DNA from: Xylanibacter ruminicola 23
GTDB lineage: Bacteria; Bacteroidota; Bacteroidia; Bacteroidales; Bacteroidaceae
Direction: 5' to 3'
DNA length: 32,000 nucleotides
Assembly: GCF_000025925.1 (NCBI RefSeq)
Contig: NC_014033.1
Span: 660,001 to 692,000, forward strand
The notes beneath the pieces are model-generated. The model saw only the letters and a list, made by a program, of their open reading frames with translations. It ran no database searches and was not told the DNA's origin. Shown here piece after piece: positions 27,361 through 32,000 of the stretch; position 1 is the first letter of the stretch, and the number at the start of each line of letters is the position of its first letter. The translations under genes and the position numbers were made by a program.

Positions 27361-28200
27361 ATGAAAAGGTTTTTTATCGCGATTTTCGCAACGGTACTGA
27401 TCATGTTCTCATGCACAGGGAACAAAGCCAATCAGACAGAAGAGGTGCCAGCCGATAGTGTGGCTGACTCTATTGACACCACGGATGTTGACTCGATGGA
27501 GATGCTGATTACAGAAACTCCAATGCCAAGAGCTGCTGATGCCATGTTCGACGATTTCTTGTTTAACTTCCTGGCTAACAAGAAATTACAGAAGGAACGC
27601 ATTGTTTTTCCACTCAGAGTAACGGAAAACGGCAAAACCACCACAGTTGAGAAAGCTAACTGGAAGATGGAACACCTGTTTATGCGTCAGGGGTACTATA
27701 CCTTATTATTTAACGACGACAAGCAGATGCAGCTGATGAAGGATACGGCCGTGAGCGAGGCTGTAGTAGAAAAAATTCTGCTTTCGAAGAATCAGGTAAA
27801 GAACTACGTGTTCCAGCGTATCAAAGGCGCATGGCTGTTGCTCGAAATCAGAGTTACGCCACTGCAGGCTGATGCTAACTCATCGTTCTTGAGTTTTTAT
27901 CGCCGATTTGTAACGGATAGTGCTTTCCAGGTAAAGAGCCTGAGCGAAACGGTGGATTTTGTGGGGCCTGATCCCGACGACGACTTTAACATGATGGAAG
28001 GTGTGATTACACCTGATACATGGGAGGCTTTTGCACCAACTCTGCCTCATAAAACCCTGTACAACATTATTTATGGTAAGCCACAGCCAGAGGGTAAACA
28101 GAAGATTTATCTGCTGCGGGGGGTAGCTAACGGACTCGAAATGGAGTTGCGCTTTAGAAAAGAAGGTGGCAAATGGCTGCTGAAGAAAATGATGACGTGA
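27361..28200 (+). CDS. Putative lipoprotein (possibly DUF4348-like)
   Basis: Lipobox-type signal MKRFFIAIFATVLIMFSC. The family name is from memory only. Confidence 0.65.
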   Translation: MKRFFIAIFATVLIMFSCTGNKANQTEEVPADSVADSIDTTDVDSMEMLITETPMPRAADAMFDDFLFNFLANKKLQKERIVFPLRVTENGKTTTVEKANWKMEHLFMRQGYYTLLFNDDKQMQLMKDTAVSEAVVEKILLSKNQVKNYVFQRIKGAWLLLEIRVTPLQADANSSFLSFYRRFVTDSAFQVKSLSETVDFVGPDPDDDFNMMEGVITPDTWEAFAPTLPHKTLYNIIYGKPQPEGKQKIYLLRGVANGLEMELRFRKEGGKWLLKKMMT

Positions 28201-28204
28201 GTTT

Positions 28205-28238
28205 AGTTGAGAGTTGAAAGTTGATAGTTGAAAGTGAG
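28205..28238. repeat. 5 x 7-bp tandem heptads AGTTGAN spanning the murB start region
   Basis: AGTTGA at 28205, 28212, 28219 and 28226, then AGTGAG at 28233. The period is exactly 7. Confidence 0.8.
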
Positions 28239-29235
28239 AATAGAGAAGGATTATAGTCTGAAGCAACATAACACATTTGGTATTGAGGCTAAGTGTGCAC
28301 AGTTTGTGGAGTATAGCAGCGAGGCTGAAGCCAAAGAGGTGGCTGAGTTGCTGCGTAACACGCGCGTACCTTATATTATAATAGGTGGTGGCAGTAATCT
28401 GCTGTTAACTCGCGATTACGAGGGTATCGTGGTTCACTCTGCCTGCAAGGGTATTGAGCGCCATGGCAACCGCTTGGTGTGTGGTAGCGGCGAGGTGTTC
28501 GACGATGTAGTGGCCCAGAGTATTGAAATGGGACTTTATGGGGCCGAGAACCTGTCGTTGATTCCTGGCGATGTGGGTGCGAGCGCTGTTCAGAACATCG
28601 GTGCTTATGGTGCTGAGGCTAAGGACTTGATTCGTAGCATTCGTGCTGTTGAGATTGCCACAGGAAATGTGTGCGTGATTGAGAATGCTGAGTGCGAATA
28701 TGGTTATCGTCAGAGCAAGTTTAAGCACGATTGGAAGAATCAGTTCCTGATACTGAGCGTAGAGTACGAATTTGCAGCTACGTTCGAGCCCCGATTAGAC
28801 TATGGTAATATACGTGCCGAGCTGGTGAAGGAGGGCATCAGCCTGCCTACTGCCCAGCAGTTACGCAATACGATTATCCGCATACGTGAGGCCAAGTTGC
28901 CCGATCCCAAGGTGCTGGGCAATGCAGGCAGCTTTTTTATGAACCCCATTGTGGGGCGCCAGAAATACGAGGCGTTAGCTACCCAGTACGAAGGTATGCC
29001 GCATTACGATATCGATGCCGATCATGTAAAGATACCTGCTGGCTGGATGATTGACCAGTGTGGTTGGAAAGGCAAATCGATGGGTAGGGCAGGCGTACAC
29101 GACAAGCAGGCTTTGGTGCTGGTAAATCGTGGTGGCGCAACAGGTCAAGAAGTAGTGGCACTTTGCCAGCAGATTCAGGCCGACGTGAAGCAGAAATTTG
29201 GTATCGATATCTATCCGGAGGTGAACGTGATATGA
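28228..29235 (+). CDS. murB: UDP-N-acetylenolpyruvoylglucosamine reductase
   Basis: FAD-binding GGGSNLL and a typical MurB C-terminal domain. The start is uncertain: TTG at 28228 or GTG at 28234, with no ATG nearby. Confidence 0.9.
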   Translation: MKVRIEKDYSLKQHNTFGIEAKCAQFVEYSSEAEAKEVAELLRNTRVPYIIIGGGSNLLLTRDYEGIVVHSACKGIERHGNRLVCGSGEVFDDVVAQSIEMGLYGAENLSLIPGDVGASAVQNIGAYGAEAKDLIRSIRAVEIATGNVCVIENAECEYGYRQSKFKHDWKNQFLILSVEYEFAATFEPRLDYGNIRAELVKEGISLPTAQQLRNTIIRIREAKLPDPKVLGNAGSFFMNPIVGRQKYEALATQYEGMPHYDIDADHVKIPAGWMIDQCGWKGKSMGRAGVHDKQALVLVNRGGATGQEVVALCQQIQADVKQKFGIDIYPEVNVI

Positions 29236-29993
29236 AGCTGACTTTCTTAGGTACAGGAACCTCGTGTGGCGTGCCCGTTATCGGGTGCCAGTGTAAGGTG
29301 TGTAAAAGTACCGATCCTAAGGATAAGCGTACACGCTGTTCGGCATTGGTTGAAACAGATAATACGCGTATATTGATAGATTGCGGACCTGATTTTCGTG
29401 CGCAGATATTGCCACAGCCATTCCGCAAGATTGATGGTATACTGATTACCCACTCGCATTACGACCATATGGGAGGTATGGATGATATCCGTCCGTATTG
29501 TCAGTTTGGCGCTATCAATGTGTATGCCAATAAGCTGGCCAAGCAGTCGATGCTGGAGATGCTGCCTTATTGCTTTGCAGAGAACCGCTATCCGGGTGTG
29601 CCCGCCATCGGACTTCATGAAATCGAACCTCATGTGCCTTTGCAGATTGGCAATCTGGAAGTGCTGCCTATCCAGGTGATGCATGGTAAGTTGCCTATCC
29701 TTGGATATAAGATTGGTAAGCTGACGTATATCACGGATATGAAGACCATTGATGATGGCGAGCTGACATATCTGGAAGGTACTGAGTTGCTGGTGGTTAA
29801 TGCCCTGCGTTTCGACAAGCCGCACCACTCGCACCAGCTGATGGACGATGCCATTGCTTTTGCCCGTAAGGTGGGAGCCAAGCAAACGCTAATCATCCAC
29901 GTATGCCACGATGTGGGTTTGCACGAAGAGGTAAATAAATTGCTGCCAGAAGGTATTGATCTGGCTTATGATGGACAAGAAATATATCTGTAA
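29232..29993 (+). CDS. MBL-fold metallo-hydrolase
   Basis: MKLTFLGTGTSCGVP N-terminus and the HSHYDHMGG (HxHxDH) motif. The start is moved to 29232, which forms an ATGA overlap with the murB stop. Confidence 0.85.
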   Translation: MKLTFLGTGTSCGVPVIGCQCKVCKSTDPKDKRTRCSALVETDNTRILIDCGPDFRAQILPQPFRKIDGILITHSHYDHMGGMDDIRPYCQFGAINVYANKLAKQSMLEMLPYCFAENRYPGVPAIGLHEIEPHVPLQIGNLEVLPIQVMHGKLPILGYKIGKLTYITDMKTIDDGELTYLEGTELLVVNALRFDKPHHSHQLMDDAIAFARKVGAKQTLIIHVCHDVGLHEEVNKLLPEGIDLAYDGQEIYL

Positions 29994-30095
29994 TTATGTA
30001 AAATATGTTGCTGGTTTCTTTAAAATAAGTTAATTAATAATCATATTTTAGGGGAATTTTTTGCAGGTGTCGAAAATAGTCGTATCTTTGCACCG

Positions 30096-30161
30096 TGTGT
30101 TTTTCATAGTATTAGATTTAAGGTTAACAAAGGTTAGGGTCACAGCGGTGACCCTTTTTTT
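30096..30161 (+). ncRNA. Candidate ~65-nt small RNA (orphan promoter plus intrinsic terminator, no ORF)
   Basis: -33 TTTG (30060-30063), a 19-nt spacer, then -7 TATCTTTG (30083-30090). There is no ATG before the hairpin gggtcac agcg gtgaccc (30137-30154) and its T7 run. The 5' end is estimated, not observed. Confidence 0.3.
30137..30161 (+). terminator. Intrinsic terminator (7-bp GC-rich stem plus T7)
   Basis: gggtcac / gtgaccc stem, loop agcg, then ttttttt. It could also terminate the MBL hydrolase transcript. Confidence 0.7.
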
Positions 30162-30444
30162 ATATCCATCTTCTGCGTTTGCCCTTATCTTTGCCAAACA
30201 GCGAGCTGTAGCCTTTCATGAGTTTGCGTACCAGTAGAATAGCATCTACAGCCATAAAACCATTGCTTACCAGGCTGGCAATATAGTCGCCCTTCGACAC
30301 CTCGTCGCGCTTCAGGAATGTCTGGTTCCAAAGCGACGAAACCTTGTCCTTATCTTTCTGGATCTCGTCAAGCAAAGCATCCTTGCGCTCGCGAATCTCT
30401 TCGAGCGTGCAAAAATCGGTGGTTGTTTTCTTGTTGTACGGCAT
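30160..30444 (-). CDS. Hypothetical protein (94 aa); third gene of the YtxH trio
   Basis: ORF 5 nt downstream of the holin-like gene. No family is recognised. Confidence 0.55.
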   Translation of the reverse strand: MPYNKKTTTDFCTLEEIRERKDALLDEIQKDKDKVSSLWNQTFLKRDEVSKGDYIASLVSNGFMAVDAILLVRKLMKGYSSLFGKDKGKRRRWI

Positions 30445-30449
30445 AGTGC

Positions 30450-30800
30450 TTATTTACTGAGTAGCAAACCTGCCAAGAACCTAACCAGAGGTTTCTCGAT
30501 CCAAGGTTTGCGGAAGATGATAAATAGAATGAACAGCAGCAGATAGAGTAGCGATATGATGAGGAAAGCCAGAGCCGTACCAGTATATGTTGCCAACCAG
30601 AAGGCGAGGGCAAACGACAGGTAGGTAAGGCAAGCCGCTATCACCAGTATAAACACGATAGCCAAGGCGGCAGCCGTAACCAGACGTACCACCTTGTCTA
30701 TCATATCGAGCTTAACGTATTCCGTTTGTAGCCCGAGATAGTGTTTCAGCACCTCTATCAGCTGTGCTATATTCTCAACGTTCTTATCGCTCGACAGCAT
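30450..30800 (-). CDS. Small membrane protein (phage-holin-family / DUF1469-like)
   Basis: 116 aa with two long TM helices, in the conserved position after a YtxH gene in Bacteroidetes. Confidence 0.6.
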   Translation of the reverse strand: MLSSDKNVENIAQLIEVLKHYLGLQTEYVKLDMIDKVVRLVTAAALAIVFILVIAACLTYLSFALAFWLATYTGTALAFLIISLLYLLLFILFIIFRKPWIEKPLVRFLAGLLLSK

Positions 30801-30803
30801 GGG

Positions 30804-31019
30804 TTACTCCTCCTCGGTTGCTGCGTCCTGAATGTCGTCAACGAGATCAACTACCTCTTTACGGCTCAGTTTGATGTTGTGCTTCTTCAGGAAGTCCTCT
30901 ACAGCATCAGTGATACGAACGCGAGTGTCCTGTCCCTTTTCGGGGGCTACCAGAATACCAAGAGCTGCGCCAGCAATGGCACCGCCAAGAAATGCGCCAA
31001 TGTAACCTAAACTTTTCAT
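30804..31019 (-). CDS. YtxH-domain protein
   Basis: The N-terminus IGAFLGGAIAGAALGILVAPEKGQDTR is the YtxH signature. Confidence 0.8.
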   Translation of the reverse strand: MKSLGYIGAFLGGAIAGAALGILVAPEKGQDTRVRITDAVEDFLKKHNIKLSRKEVVDLVDDIQDAATEEE

Positions 31020-31068
31020 AATCTTACTGCTTTTAAAATTAATACTTAATACTTAGACTATTTGTCTG

Positions 31069-31076
31069 CAAATATA
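31069..31076 (-). promoter_or_regulatory. -7 box (TATATTTG) for the YtxH trio
   Basis: Reverse complement of caaatata, 49 nt upstream of the ATG. Confidence 0.45.
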
Positions 31077-31249
31077 CGAAAGTTTTCGGTTGTTATGCAA
31101 AAATCAGCCAATTTTTTAATAAAAAAGTTGTGTTTTGCCCGATTTAACAAACTTTATGTGGTGTTTTGGCTCGCTTTTGCGCAATAATTAGTAATTTCGC
31201 ACACAAAAATAGAATCAAATAAGTAATTAAAAAATAAAAATTAGGAAAA

Positions 31250-31744
31250 ATGAAAAAGTACACTGTATTATGCGCAGGTTTGTGCATGGCATTGGCAATG
31301 ACAAGTTGTAAGACTAACGAGAGTGCCTATAAGAAGGCTTACGAGAAGGCTAAGCAGTACGATACAGCTCAGCAGCAGGCTGCTCCTGTTGTTGAAACAG
31401 CCCCCGTTGTAGCTCCTGTAGAGGCTAAGCCAGCTACTGAGACTCAGGTAGTAGACAATCTCGACAACGTATCAGTACGCCAGGAGAGTGTATCGCTGAT
31501 TAGTGGTAGTGGTTTGAAAGCATTCAGCGTAGTTGTTGGCTCGTTTGGTGTTCGCGCCAATGCCGAGGGCTTGATGCAGCGCCTGAAGAATGCTGGTTAC
31601 GATGCCCAGGTGGTTAAGAACGATGATAAGAATATGTATCGCGTTGTCGCCTCTACCTTCTCTGATAAGGCTGCAGCAGCTGCTAGCCGCGATCAGATTC
31701 GTGCGTCATATCCCGATGCTTGGTTGCTGTATAACGCTCGTTAA
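31250..31744 (+). CDS. SPOR-domain lipoprotein
   Basis: Lipobox LAMTSC. The C-terminal SPOR domain reads FSVVVGSFGVRANAEGLMQRLKNAGYDAQVV...YRVVASTF. Confidence 0.85.
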   Translation: MKKYTVLCAGLCMALAMTSCKTNESAYKKAYEKAKQYDTAQQQAAPVVETAPVVAPVEAKPATETQVVDNLDNVSVRQESVSLISGSGLKAFSVVVGSFGVRANAEGLMQRLKNAGYDAQVVKNDDKNMYRVVASTFSDKAAAAASRDQIRASYPDAWLLYNAR

Positions 31745-31753
31745 TTAGCAACA

Positions 31754-32000
31754 TTGGCTCGAATATTATCAATAGATTACGGTAAGAAACGTACCGGACT
31801 GGCAGTCACCGATCCTCTACAGATTATAGCTGGAGGATTGGCGACTGTTGCTACATCCGAACTCTTCGACTTCCTGAAGGCTTATATTGCCCGTGAACAG
31901 GTAGAGATGATAGTGATTGGCGAACCACGTCAGCCTAATGGCGAACCTAGTGAGAACCTGGCACGTGTGCAGCAGTTTGTGAACCGTTGGCGCAAGGCTG
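31754..32000 (+). CDS. ruvX: Holliday junction resolvase-like protein RuvX (YqgF); 5' part, runs off the window
   Basis: My translation from the TTG at 31754 is (M)ARILSIDYGKKRTGLAVTDPLQIIAGGLATV...IVIGEPRQPNGEPSE. This matches the YqgF/RuvX N-terminal consensus. It is open-ended, so it is absent from the ORF track. Confidence 0.8.
   Translation, partial: MARILSIDYGKKRTGLAVTDPLQIIAGGLATVATSELFDFLKAYIAREQVEMIVIGEPRQPNGEPSENLARVQQFVNRWRKA

Overview
This is a Bacteroidales-type chromosomal segment. It looks Prevotella/Segatella-like from gene content and the recurring TAnnTTTG -7 promoter boxes, but the taxon is inference only. About two thirds is ordinary housekeeping: pepP, trpS, trmD, ligA, xpt, pheS, murB, ruvX, an EamA transporter, a patatin-like lipase, an MBL hydrolase, a YtxH/holin-like trio, a SPOR lipoprotein and an AmmeMemoRadiSam module. 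Two accessory regions stand out.

(1) 2.9-8.4 kb holds a tightly overlapping minus-strand operon behind one consensus promoter. It reads: unannotated 48-aa ORF, 176-aa unknown, DUF218/DUF1460-like fusion, MATE exporter with an extra C-terminal domain, then a radical SAM/SPASM enzyme with a PqqD-like N-terminal extension. I read this as an undescribed RiPP-like peptide modification and export system. An envelope-modification role is the competing hypothesis.

(2) 17.9-25.5 kb is a visibly AT-rich island with no integrase or tRNA in view. It carries a VirE/VapE-like P-loop protein bracketed by mirrored ~100-bp arrays of a GTGAGAGGTT motif. It also carries an MNT/HEPN toxin-antitoxin pair and a 546-aa protein with five zinc-ribbon repeats plus a Vsr-like nuclease domain. 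Finally there is a 139-aa unknown next to a coiled-coil DUF4041/T5orf172 (GIY-YIG-like) protein. This looks like a defence or selfish-element island.

Smaller non-coding signals:
- a 3 x 22-bp array of a perfect 12-bp palindrome
- phased operator-like motifs around the XRE/DUF2975 promoter
- an orphan promoter plus terminator (candidate sRNA)
- several 7-bp-period TTGA/TCAA heptad arrays

No rRNA, tRNA or CRISPR array was found. All family assignments come from motif recognition by eye, and no searches were run.
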